Below the pieces are notes generated by a model. That model saw nothing but the letters and a program-made list of their open reading frames with translations, was not told where the DNA came from and searched no databases. A program made the position numbers and the translations under genes. Of a stretch of 64,000 nucleotides of DNA, positions 9,347-22,500 are shown in pieces (the stretch's first letter is position 1; each line of letters opens with the position of its first letter). This stretch comes from Oopsacas minuta (lineage: Eukaryota > Animalia > Porifera). The stretch covers positions 248,001 to 312,000 of the forward strand of contig JAKMXF010000110.1 of assembly GCA_024704765.1 (NCBI GenBank). Direction: 5' to 3'.

Positions 9347-12300
9347 ATGAGTGTAGCTACTAGTAAAGGAGTAGACAAGTCTCCGATGGAGGATATTATT
9401 AATCTACCGTTTGATGCATTCGTAGAACATATACAAATTCATCATGCTCAGGTTCATAAGTTATTTTCATTGGCTCATCTGAAAGTATTACAGTTAGACC
9501 CAAATACACCATATAAGGAAGATAACATACATGAAACGTTTATCCGCTACTACGGAAATTTCTTCTACTTCAAGCATATTCAGTCATACCTGCAGGTACA
9601 TTGCTGTATTTACATAATTTTACTTAATTAACGGTCACCTTACGATAGCGACCCGTTATATAATTATTACGATACCTGTATTATTTCGGGATTCAATTCA
9701 TATCGTGGGAAAACTTCGATAATCCCGGCAAATTCTCATATCTTATTTCTGAATAATTTCTGGAGTATTAGGGGGAATAATTTGAAATAAAGGGATTTGA
9801 CAATGCATCTCCTGGGATTATTATTATTACTACAACCTAATTCTAGTCCCAAACTTGATCGTAATCCGAGATTCTACTGTGCCTGTAAAACAGCAATAAC
9901 TCGTAACTTATTTCAATCTTTTAGACATCAGCACAGAACAAGCTATGCAAACCACCTACTAAGGTATTAGCTGGGATAGACTTCTCCCAGTTCGATAACA
10001 TGGTGTTAGGGTTAAAGAAGGTATGTGCTAAGTTGGAACATATCCTCAAAAGTAAATTGAACAAGACAGAGGAGGAAATGGGAGAGAAAGCTCTACCTAG
10101 GGTTATCAAACTTAATCGTAAATATAATCTAAGTGATAAAGAGTCTCTAGCATTAATATTCACTACATGTATAGCTGTATGTCAAGAAGGAACTCCTAAC
10201 AAGTTAGTTCATAATATTTTGTAATTTACTTTAACCTCGAATAGTCGCCCCCTTGATAAAAACGACTTTCTCGCTGATGAGTCATAGTGTGTATTTTGTT
10301 ATATATTATTACTAACCGCTATGGTTTCTATAAGAGGTAATTCTGATACCCGAGTTTCCATTCATAACGTATCCTAAATATCAGGATATAAGACACGCGA
10401 TAAATATGTAATAATAAACTACAGTTAACTCCTGTTATATCGAATGGGAATCAAAACCGTCAAAGTAATACGAACACTGTTAATACGAAGTTCCGGATAA
10501 GGCGAACAGTATTTAACCTTCCATTGGTGTTCTTTCGTATTAACGAGGTTCCACTGTTTCATCAGTTATATCGAATGGGAAATTGGTTCGTCTCACTAAA
10601 TCAGGACACCACCATATACAAGTACCATTGTTCCCAGTTAGTTTATGTGTCACTGTAGACGAACCAGACGTCCCCAAAAACGAGGCATATACTCCCAACC
10701 TGAATCACGTCCTCGTCCCGAAGACGAAATCAAGCTTAAACTCTTCCTATTAAATCGTGGCCTCCCATTTTTGTTTCTACATTTATTTTATCAAACCAAT
10801 AGCTGGGCTATGGGGAGAAATCTATTGGACTACTTGCAGCCTTATCAATCTGCTCTATGCAAAGCTTGTGATATGACTACTACTGATTTCTTGCACTTCT
10901 TGGATCAAGATAGACCCATAATACAGCAAGGAATATTCCCAGAAATACAGACTAACTATACACTGAATTGTACACTTAATATGGATGAAGTTGTTTTAAA
11001 AGGTGAGTGTATTGTTATGACTTATGACGAAAATGGTCAACTATATGCTTATTATTTATTTAACCATGGATGGTGAATTTAGTTTACTGCTTGGATGTTG
11101 TTCTAGGTCATTTTGAGGCACTCCTCACTTGGTTGGGGAGGGGATTTTACGTATATAACATAAATAAACTAATCTACCATCCATGGTTAATATCTAATAA
11201 TAATATATGATACGTACTGAATTTAAATATATAGAATTCTATTACAGGTATTATCGGAGCACATTTGAGAACTTCTGAGTTTATGAAGTTAGAACAGACC
11301 TCTCTGGCAGAAATAATAGCAGTGGAGGAGGGTAACGAACAGTACAGAGATCTGTGTGCTCTCAGTAAGGGACTGGCCCCCTCACTGATGGGAGACAAGG
11401 ATCGTGTTCCTACAATTAGTGATAAAGATCTACCTGAGAAAATGGATATTGTATCAGATAAAGGGAGTCATACGTCAAGTGGTAGCAAATCTGCGGTAAT
11501 TATTTGATATATGAAATAATTTATATGTATAATATAGATACAGTGAAATGGTGAATAAGTTTTTTTGCATTCAATGTTGACTGGAATTGAAAAGTTCTCA
11601 GGGCGGAAATATTTCTATGAGATCGATTTTAGTTATCTCTTTCGTTTCTACCGACGAGAGTTAAATGTTTGTTAATTTGTATACTTCATTACTTCTGAAA
11701 TTAGTTTAATTCCATAAAAGGGCTTCCCTAATAGTCTAGTGGGGCAATTATCAATTACATCCTGTAATATATATTGTTTAACTCCAGACTGATAGAATTC
11801 CATTCTCTGACCTCTCAGAGCTACCTCCAGAACTTCTAGAGCTAGATCCAGATGACAATGACCTAGCTACTCTCCTCCGAAGAGAAAGACTGTTAGAGGA
11901 ACACAAGAAGAAGATGATAGAGAAAGCACGAACAGAAGGAGGAGAGGCTACAGAGGAGGTTAAAGATGCTCCTGAATTGTCAGATGATATTGTCTTGGAT
12001 ACTGGTTAGCTATGGACACTCTATTATAATCGTGTAATTTGTTATTAATTGAAAGAGCATTATGATTAATATACAGTAACTTCCAGAAAATTGTATTAAT
12101 TTTTTTGCACTACATTTCCAGGAGTTTCGCTTTCAACATGTCCCATTTGTGGAGATTAAAATCTGTATTGTAATTAATTTATAACCCTACTGCTAGGACC
12201 TACAAATAACCGTAATTGCTACGTTAGAGGTAAATAGCTATTTATCTATTTTTCACTCTTTAGATAAACTAACACCCTACAAGACAGACCTAGAGTATTT

Positions 12301-15300
12301 AGATGATAATTTCCAGCTGATTAGCTTAATGCTTAAAATTAAAGGTTTAGAAAAGAGAATAGAACAAGAAGCATTGTATGATGAAAACTTTAAGGATGTA
12401 AGAACTCACAGACAGAAGAGAGAATCTGAGTACAAAACTAAGGTATATTCACAGAAAGGAATGTTACCTCTAAATCCTCTATTAGTTGGAAACTTGGTTC
12501 AGCTCTACCGCCTGCATCGAGTTTATAAATTATAGTACCTAGTGATTTATCTTCACAGACCTCCTTACACGAAAATTATAATATTTCGATTTTCGTCGCA
12601 GAGTTCTTTAAATTATTCTATGAAAAGGCCACTTTGTATTATGATTACGTCATAATATAATAAGATAATGATAATGAAATGCAGCCTGCCCGCATATTAA
12701 GCTAGGCCTCGTGTGGAGCTGAGCCAAATTTCTCATTGATATGGCCTCTTTATTTGTACACAAGTACTTCAATGTTATATCGTTACAGGTTTGAGATGGG
12801 ACGAATTCCTATAGCTATTAATATTTCTGTATTCAGGTACAATCAAGAAAATGTGAGAAACGTTTAGAACTAACCAGACAGACTGGATCATGGATTCCCA
12901 GACTTGAGAGATTAGTAATTAGCAGAGGTCTGTGTCCTTTTGAGAAGAACCTTGTACTCACTCTTATAGGAAGTATTATACAGCCTAATAAGATTAACAA
13001 CTGTGGAGATATGAATCCATATGCGACAAGTTCAAGTACAAGTTTCTCAGTTGGAGAATTACTCAGATTGTTTTGTACAAGGTAAGTACAATATTCTATA
13101 CACGTGAGGCCACTTTTGACCTATGTTCCCCATAGCTTAACTGAACAGATAAAACATCGTACTTTCTTCTACAAGAATGCTAAGCTAGTGAGAGAGGGCA
13201 TGATAGTAGTACATGACGTAGGTATTACTGGAGACCCTTCTTCTGCTAAAGTAGAGGTGGATAGAAGAATGCTGGACTTCTCTGTGGGACTAGACACTGA
13301 GTTTTCTGAGGTGAGAAACTTCTAAATATGACAAAATTTTGTATTATTATTTGAGTTGAAATAACTTGTATTTATAGGTTGTTGAAGGATCTCATCTCTA
13401 CTTTCCTAAGACAAAATTTAACAATGTAATATTGAGTGGAGAACAGAAGGAACTAATTCTCAGTACAGTCAGTAACTTTGATACTTATCGGCGGTGTAGG
13501 AAGAAGCTTGGATTAGATGACATCATTACATATGGAGCAGGTCTGGTATTATTGTTTCATGGACCTCCTGGTACTGGTAAAACTATGATGGCTAATGCGT
13601 TAGCTAACAGGCTTGAAAGGAAGGTAAGTTATCCAATGTCTGGATTCGACTTCGAGTTTTCCGGATCCATACTTGAAATTAATCGTGACCAATATATTTC
13701 AATATTTTATCAAGGCACAACCCTTAGGTATTATTGATTAACTTTCCTTCTCTTGGATCTATGTCAGCTGGAGAGAATTTTAAGTTTATCTTCAGAGAAG
13801 CTAAGATAAATGATGCTATATTATTCTTTGATGAGTGTGAAGGGATATTTGAGTCACGTGAGAAAGGAGGTCATAACATTAACTTGTTGCTAACAGAAAT
13901 AGGTACCTTCATAATTGTAATACAGTATTAGTAAACTCCCGTTATATCGAATTCTGACAAATATGGTACCAACCTGTGAAAGAAACATATTCCATCGGTT
14001 ATATTAGGATCTGCGGTATATGTCGAAATAATTCTCGCATTTCCTTGAGCTATTTCTGAAATATCCCCTTTTCTAGAGAGACATGACGGATTAATGATAA
14101 TGGCTACTAACAGACCGTATGATTTGGATGAAGCTATGCATCGTAGAATTACTATTGCTTTGGAATTTCCTAAACCTGATCATATCCTAAGGAAAGAGAT
14201 TTGGGGATCTCATATACCTGCTTCTATGAAGCTAGCTGATGATGTGGATCTTTCGGAATTAGCACTAAGGTAGAGAGATTTATTGAGCGATATATCTTTC
14301 CAAATGTTTCGTTTATCCATGATTCACTTTATCTAGATTTGAGTTAACAGGTGGATTCATAAAAAACTCTATTCTCTCAGCTCTGTCTATTGCAGTATCA
14401 AGAGAGGGAGATACACCTTATGTGTGTCAGGATGATCTATTGAAAGGAGCTAGTCTACAGCTCAGAGGTAGACTTAGGATGAAGGACTTTGATCGCAGAG
14501 TTATTCCTTCAGTCGGACTTGATGAGGTTATATCAATTATTCATATTATTTTATGATTCATTAAGACTTATTTTTGGTCAAACCACCATTTCTATATTCT
14601 TACATTTGAACGCAGCTTGTATATGCAGTGACAAACTGTAACCTCCACAAACGGGGGCCTTTGGAAACGGAGTGAAAACTTCCTAGTGCTATACAAATGA
14701 ACCTCCACAAACTTGAAATATCGCAGAAACGTGGGTAGCACTTTAGGCCTCCAGGCACACCCGTTTGTAGAGGTTGCACTGTATCTGTGTTTTTACGACC
14801 CCTACCACGAGCGATTTCGGAAATGGGGTGTCATAAATACCAGGTTTTACTGGTATACCCATTACTTACAGGTTGTGGTGAATGATAATATTCTGAGCTC
14901 ATTGAAAGAGATAGTACAGTATGAGAAAGCAAGAGCTGTATTATTCGGACAATGGGGATTCGGTAAAACAGCCTCTAGAGGACTAGCAGTGCTAATGCAT
15001 GGTAAACCTGGTACTGGTAAATCACATTCAGCAGAAGCTATTGGATACGAAGTAGGAAAACCTCTAAAAGTTGTAAACTGTGGTGAGCTATTAAGTAAAT
15101 GGGTAGGAGAGAGCAGTAAAAATATTGACTCCTTATTTGAAGAATCCAAGAACATGGACGCTATTCTCTTATTCGATGATTGTGATGGTTTATTTGGCAG
15201 TAGAACATCAATGGGATCATCTACAGACCGATATGCAAATGTTGATGTAGGAGTATTGTTGTATCATATAGAGAGGTTCCCAGGTATTGTAATTATGACT

Positions 15301-15636
15301 ACAAACGTAATTGAGAACCTTGATAAAGCGTTTTACAGACGGTTCCGTTATATGTTACATTTTGAGACACCGAATCAATCTGACAGAGCTAAACTATGGA
15401 AATTATTAATTCCTAAGGAAACGCCTGTTAAAGATAAAATAGACTTCAATGCTCTTAGTGCACATGAAATGACTGGTGGTTCTATTAAGAATTGTATTTT
15501 CAGAGCGGCTGCTAAGGCAGCGTTACGTTCTGTGCCTGAGAGAATGATTACTACAGATGATCTTATCAAAGCTGCAGTAGCTGAGCTTAATAAAGCTAAC
15601 AGGAATTTAGGTGATATCAAGAATATATACTCATGA
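9347..15636 (+). CDS. Tandem (double) AAA+ ATPase with N-terminal helical region; Afp15/Pvc15-like (RYAN-motif) family; 13 exons
   Basis: Phase-consistent exons 9347-9595, 9925-10202, 10659-11002, 11248-11495, 11788-12004, 12264-12442, 12837-13081, 13136-13310, 13378-13623, 13728-13902, 14077-14269, 14337-14526, 14872-15636. D1: GPPGTGKT / FFDECE / LDEAMHRR. D2: GKPGTGKS / SKWVGES / LFDDCD / TDRYANVDV / LDKAFYRR. Confidence 0.88.
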
Positions 15637-15789
15637 TACTTGCAGAATTCTGCTTATCGTATAAGCTGTAGTTTTGTATGTAGATTGCATGTGTAGATAT
15701 TTGTAGTATATTCTTCAAATGAAATTCTTATTTTGCTTTTATCTGTAGTATATCTCAGTAATTCTCTTTTTATTTATAACTGTCAGTTT

Positions 15790-15985
15790 AAGTAGAGTGG
15801 AATTCGTCTATCAAGTCGTATTTTGCAGATTTCTTGCTTATACCCGAACTTTACTACAATTGAGTTCACCTATTAGCAAGTCGTATTTTGCACGAATCGC
15901 CAATACGCGAGGGAATTATTTCAATACAAAATGGACTCTAAGTCTCTGAAAATGCTTGTTATTAGCGAACATAACTGTATTTGAT
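15790..15985. repeat. Dispersed repeat family G; second copy ~34120-34270, partial copy ~44450-44497
   Basis: Shared ATTAGCAAGT.GCATTTTGCACG..AATACGCGA..GGAATTATT..CAATACAAAATGGACT. Confidence 0.65.
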
Positions 15986-16524
15986 AAATCGATTTCCAAT
16001 GCTACGTGAATTCTATCATTCCTATGTCCTTGAAAAACTTCCTTCTCGATAATTGCATTGTCATTAAGCGAATTGCTCTTACGCAGACCTCTATATCTTC
16101 CAATACTATCATTAACATTTATTCAATCTTCCTGTTCAATAATAATTCCAACTGACTGTACGAGTTCAGATAATACAAGATACACTAGTAAGCATGTGTA
16201 CTATTACATCATCTCCAGTGTAATCTCATTGAGAGGATTATATATCATGATTCTCCCACTAGAGTAGTACTTACAGAATCATTTCTATACAGAAAGGTTT
16301 ACGATTCCTTAATATTTATAAGCACACATGTCATATTCGCGTTAATTAAAACACATTTAACAACAGTCTAACATTACATTGCATTTAAATATGACATCAT
16401 ATTAATATACTAATATTTCATACGGATAGGCTCAGTACTGCTTAGATGTTCCTTGTTGTATTGATCTTTTAGCATATGTGAGTTCTTATCAATAATTTTG
16501 ACATATTATAGCATCACAAATACA

Positions 16525-19500
16525 ATGACGACGTCTATCTGCACAAATTTCCAATCTAATCCTATGAATGATAATAACATATGCCGAAAATGTTTTCAAC
16601 ATAGAGACAGTCATCCACCAGGTATGTTGATATATATTCCCTGTCCTCTGTTCTTATCTGATCTATACACTACATCTTGTTCCTGAATGTTTTAGCAGTT
16701 ATTATACACGAAATGCGTATAATTCTGTGTATCCATAAAATTATTGGGCGACATATCTTAACAACTGGCAATTTATTACGGATATCTGCGGAAAATTACC
16801 ATTAATCTTCCCCAATTCTTCAAAATGTGGGCAGGACATATCCCCGTCACCCTAGGATTTACGTCCATGCCATTCACTTTGGCCCTGAGCCTCTATTGTA
16901 TACGTTGCTACACACTTGTTCTTGAAAGATTTTTCTATTCTATATTCTATCCTAATTTAGTTGAAGCATACCGTAATGAGAAGGAGTGCAGAAGACAGAT
17001 AGAAGATATATTATACTTTAGTACTTCTAAAGAAGATCCAGATGGTGTTGATTCCATCATTTCTTCACTCATAAAGAAACCTCCTCCTCCTGAGGTTAAT
17101 TCATAAAATGATAGATTTTAACATACTTACCTATTATGGAATTCAGATAGAATAATACGAGTATTTGATCTGGTCGCTCCGCAACTATTAAAATATAATG
17201 GAACTAGGATAAGACTTACCATTTTGGGAAACAAAATTTCTACATATATCCTATCCGAGTATACGTCTCATTTGGAAGGATATCATTAAATAAATTGGAT
17301 AGAATTGTGATATTTTGTGTAAATATTTCAATTTGCCTATTCTTTCTTAGGAATATTTTAAAGTTTTCAATGTCTACTCGTTTGTCAGACAGAACCTGAC
17401 CAACCCCCAATTGAGTTGCCTGTCGCCAGAGCAGAAAATGGTTAACATCTACAGAGGAGTAGATTTCCTCCTCTTAATAGCTCTCCCTCTCAGAAGACCG
17501 AAAAATTTTGAAAAGGTCTCTAAGCTTAGGAGAAGTGAACTTGTAGAAGTAGAAAAATTAGAAGGAACACATGACGTCATTAAGAAACTGGGGTATACAG
17601 TGATGACTAAAGATCATTTTGAGTTCCCTTTAGAGGTGATACAGGCTCCCGATCAGGTAAATATCCGGAATTAATTTATCCATAGCTACTTGGGTCTAAT
17701 TGGTACTATACAATATGATTATTTCATAAAGTCAGGTTTTATTTCTGCCAAATTATTACAATGACTTCATTATGAATTGTTACATACGCGTGCTGTTTGA
17801 CAAAATGGTGCCCCAAAATGCTTATTAGCTATTTAACCATGGATGGCGGATTTTTTGATTTTATATAATGTTATTTACAAATGACCCCAAAACAAGCGAA
17901 GAGTGCATGGGCGTAGCAGCAACAGGATATATTCAATAGTTTTGGGAGGGGCTTGCAAACATATAGGGGACCGTACTTATCGTACCAGTGTGTACAGAAA
18001 CATTTCACATATTCACAAGGACTTGTTTCATCATTTTACAGTTAACCTACATACAACATATCGTATACAATTGTATCATTTTCTAGATATTTATGTTAGT
18101 ATATTTTAGACTCTTATCCGTGAGATAATAGCTGATTTGAGGATAGCTTTGGAAGAGATTAAAAGCTACAATTACCAAAAACATCCGTATCCGGAGAGAT
18201 TTTCTGAAGGAGACTGGGCTAAGAAGACATCTCCTATTCTCACTGAATTAATTAAATGTCCAATTATCCCTGAGAATAAAGGTACGACTAAACAATAACT
18301 TGAATAAATATGTACAAATATTGTCCCGAATCGTCAAAGTAACAAAATCGAAGTAATTATCCTGGAGACTTGCGCTTCGATATAACGGTAGTTGATTGTA
18401 CTACCGAATTGTCGTCATGTCTATAAATAATTAATTCAGTTTATAACAAACTCGTATATATTATTTTCATTCTCCAGATTTGAAAAAATTTGCTGTTATC
18501 CTAGAAAATTTCAAGAAGCCAACCGCCCCCCTGCCTGAAATCTTTAACTTCCCAGATTCTCAATTACCTGTCCGTCCGCCAATCCCTCTAATGCCAAGAT
18601 ATACACACTACAATAACCCACCAAACACTCGAGAAGATTTAGAAAGGTCCTACAAACCAATTGTTGAGCAGTTTCCACCAAAAATAGATTTAGAAACAAA
18701 GATCCCTCCTCCAGTACCTGATAATATGATTGTATGTCCAGTACCTACATGTCAAACTGTTTTCCCAAAGAACAGTGCTGCTTGTCCAAAATGTCGAATG
18801 TGTTTAACTATATCCAGTACAAGTGACAGCGTCCCGATTGAGAAATGGAACTGTAGTAACTGCACTTATACTAATACATCAGCTCGGGGACGTAACAGAG
18901 TTTGTGAAATGTGTCCTCACATTAATGATACGCCACCATCTAATGAACCTAGTCATTTTCAGAGAATTTTGGCAGCGAATAATGAAGCATCAATGAATCC
19001 AAGATTGGATCCATCAATGAATCCAGGAGCGGACCGATCAGTGCTCCCTGGGATTGAGCGATACCTTGAGAAGTCAATGTATGGTCCCAGAATGGATCAA
19101 CCAATGCCCCCACATAATTCACACAGAGATTCACAAATGTTTTCATCCTATTATCCAACATCTGAAACTGAAAATGTACCAGAATATCCTCAAAGAGTGC
19201 CTAATGATCCTGTACCAGAGAATCGTTATCATTATGATTATGTACCACCTCTTACCCCAGACACATATTATGATCCTCGAGATAAAGGATACACTGCATA
19301 TCCTTCTCTACCTCCTTATAAAATGATTAAACAAATAATTATTCAGAATCCGGGATTCAAAGATGAAGCAATACGACTTGCTATTCAGAAATGTGGCATG
19401 TAAGTTGATTATCTAAAAATACGCTAGTTTAATGATAAAATTATCTTAATTAAAGTGTATACGTGCTGTGTTTCCTCGATAAGTTCCCCTCATTTGACCT

Positions 19501-22500
19501 ACCTAGATACAGAGGCTTAGCCAGGGTGCGGTATATGCGGCAATGCCGCACCCGTGCCACCTCTTTGCCGCACTCTTTTCGCGGCCCTAGCTTCGGGCAT
19601 AATTCTCATGGAAATATATTTTTATAATTGCCGCTAGTTATGTTCGAGGAAATACTGAATTTCAGTTCATACGTATACACTAGAACTCGGATACGTACTA
19701 CTTACAACCCAAAATGTTGTTCCCATCCTCTGAGAACGGTATTCATATATTCCTGTATATTTATGCCGGTTATAAGAACATATATTGCTACTCCCAAGAG
19801 GTTATTTTATAACCAACATCCAATGTAATATTAGTTTCCTGTAGCAGTATGTCTTATCCGAATACTACTGTATTAATTCGCCTTCAATATTTGAGCTTTA
19901 TCCGGTGTTTCTTATAGTAACAGTAATGAATGTGCACGATGGCTACAAACTGAATTCCGTGATATCATAAACATGTTAAATGTAGATGTCCGTACATTCC
20001 ACCTTTGTCAATCTGTTACAGCTGATACAGTTGAAGAGAACTACCTAGCTTGTCAAGGAATTATTACAAATGTACCAGCCCGGATACAAGAGGTTCGTAA
20101 GAAGAAACTTGAAGAATTGAGTGCAAGTCATCACGTCAATGAACAAACAGCTATTAAAAGTTTGGAAGAAACTAATTGGGATGCGCAATCTGCTTCTGAA
20201 AATATAACTTTATTATGCAATCAACATATCCTGGAAGCCTGCAGACCATTTCTATGGTCAGGTGGAATGACGATACAAGATAAACAACCTGATGAAATTG
20301 ATCCTGTCTTATGGGAGCAGTTTATGTTGCTATCTGTTAATATAGAAGATATGAGTGATAAGGTAAGTCATTCGCATATGTAGATTGTTTAATTCTTGAG
20401 GTATTCATCAAATACCAATTAAAATCAAATTTTCCATTAATCTTTTGCTAATGAGATTCGAATTATCAAGGTTTATTAAGTAATAGTATACATACTATAG
20501 TCAACTTCAGTTATATCGAACTTTACCCACTTATTTCGAAGTATTCAATTAAACAAATATGGTCCCAAACCTTCAAAGTAATATACAGTCAGGGGACAAA
20601 AGTATTCGAACACACAAATATATTGTAATAAATTGTATACTCTTTCCCGCTCCTATATATTGTGTAGTCTATATTCGTAGCTGCTATCTAGTAATTTGTA
20701 TAGAATAACATATGTTTTTCAAGAATTTCAAAAAAATATTTTCGATTTACACTTTTTGAAGGTGTTAATTATAATAATTATTAGATAATTATTGATAATC
20801 AAAATATGTGGTAATTCAAAGCCTATTAAGAATCTATAATTTCTGACTTGATATTTGAATTCTACGTAGGCGAGTTACCCCAGATTGAAATTTCCAATCG
20901 GATTGAACAATTTTTACCAGAGTTATAAAAGAATTTCAATTTGTCCCACTTGTGCCACTTTTTGAAAAAGTGGTACAGGTGGCAAGAAAAGCGCCACTAC
21001 AAGGAAATCAACTAGGGTTAGGAGGGATAAGTCGAAGTAATATTTTCGAATGATATGACTATGCTAACCCTTGAATGCCAAAATAACCTCTTGGTAGCGG
21101 CCACTTGTGCCACCTTGGGCAAAAGGTGGCACAAATGGCACAAATTGAACTTCATCTATAACTCTGGTAAAAATTGTTCAATCCGATTGGAAATTTCAAT
21201 CTGGGGTAACTCGCCTACGTAGAATTCAAATATCAAGTCAGAAATTATAGATTCTTAATAGGCTTTGAATTACCACATATTTTGATTATCAATAATTATC
21301 TAATAATTATTATAATTAACACCTTCAAAAAGTGTAAATCGAAAATATTTTTTTGAAATTCTTGAAAAACATATGTTATTCTATACAAATTACTAGATAG
21401 CAGCTACGAATATAGACTACACAATATATAGGAGCGGGAAAGAGTATACAATTTATTACAATATATTTGTGTGTTCGAATACTTTTGTCCCCTGACTGTA
21501 TACACCATTGGTTATATCAAACTTTGCTTGTATCCAAACAATTATCACGATCCCTTAAGCTTCGAAGTAGCGGGAGTTGACTGTATTATTTAAGATAAAT
21601 AATTATTGTATATATAATCTTAATATATATCTTGATTTCTAGGTTGCTAGGAAATTCCTCTGTGAACTTAAAATCCCTTCTCTAATACAACTTAATCTAC
21701 TACTACACCTGGTCGTTGCCGAAGAAACTAAAACAAAAGAGCCAAAAGACTTAGTACAAGCTGTACAAGAAATATCTGAATTTGATGCTGCAGTCAAATT
21801 CTTAAACCAAGAGTGCCCTCTTTGCTTTGAGGAATTTACAGCAAATGAAATGATACAAATGTTTTTCTGCAATCATATGTGCTGTAAGAGCTGTATTACT
21901 GGTCATTATACTGATGTAGTCAGGAATGCTGCTATTAAGAAATGGACATGTTTTCAATGTGAGGAACCTGATATATCACAGATGGATGATCCCGCTGATT
22001 ACTTTGGATTATTGAGTAATGTCGTACAGGCTATGTGTGAGCCAGAAATAGCTGGCCTTTTCCATCACAAAGTTAACGAATTTTACTTTAGCAAGCGTCC
22101 AGAATTCAGGTAGTAAATTCTTAAATAATCCTTGATGGTGTGGGACTATATTTGTACTAGTAATAGACTTCGAGATAAGCGGGTATTTAGAAATCCGTGT
22201 TCTATATAAGGGGAGTTGATGGTACTTTAGAGAAGCCAAAATAATAACACTGATAATTTAGTATATTGCTAATATTAATTATACCAAATACTGTTTTTAG
22301 ATGGTGTCCACATTGTCATAGCGGTTTCCTTGGACAAGAAGGTGAAGGTAAACTACGTTGTCCTCAAGAAGAATGTAACCAGTACATGTGTTACATCTGT
22401 AAGAGGAAATGGGAGCCTGAACATGAGGGAGTTTCATGTGAGGAATATCAGCAGTGGAGAGAAGCTAATGACAGAGATATTCTAGATAAAGGACTTGCTG

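Noticed and set aside
14713-14871. N-terminal 53 aa of ORF 14713-15636
   Set aside because: Lies in an intron over a MITE-B copy; the true exon starts at the AG acceptor 14871/14872.
14862-15620. Antisense ORFs 14862-15155 and 15375-15620 (likewise 1298-1483, 4810-5091, 9921-10163, 22925-23263, 24554-24793, 28452-28745, 48785-49072, 57210-57869)
   Set aside because: Shadow frames opposite well-supported CDSs, with Ser/Leu/Phe-biased composition and no domain signal.
9347-15636. Bacterial eCIS/phage-tail locus or contaminant around the Afp15-like ATPase
   Set aside because: The gene has 12 spliceosomal introns and eukaryotic neighbours; no sheath, tube or baseplate ORFs are present.
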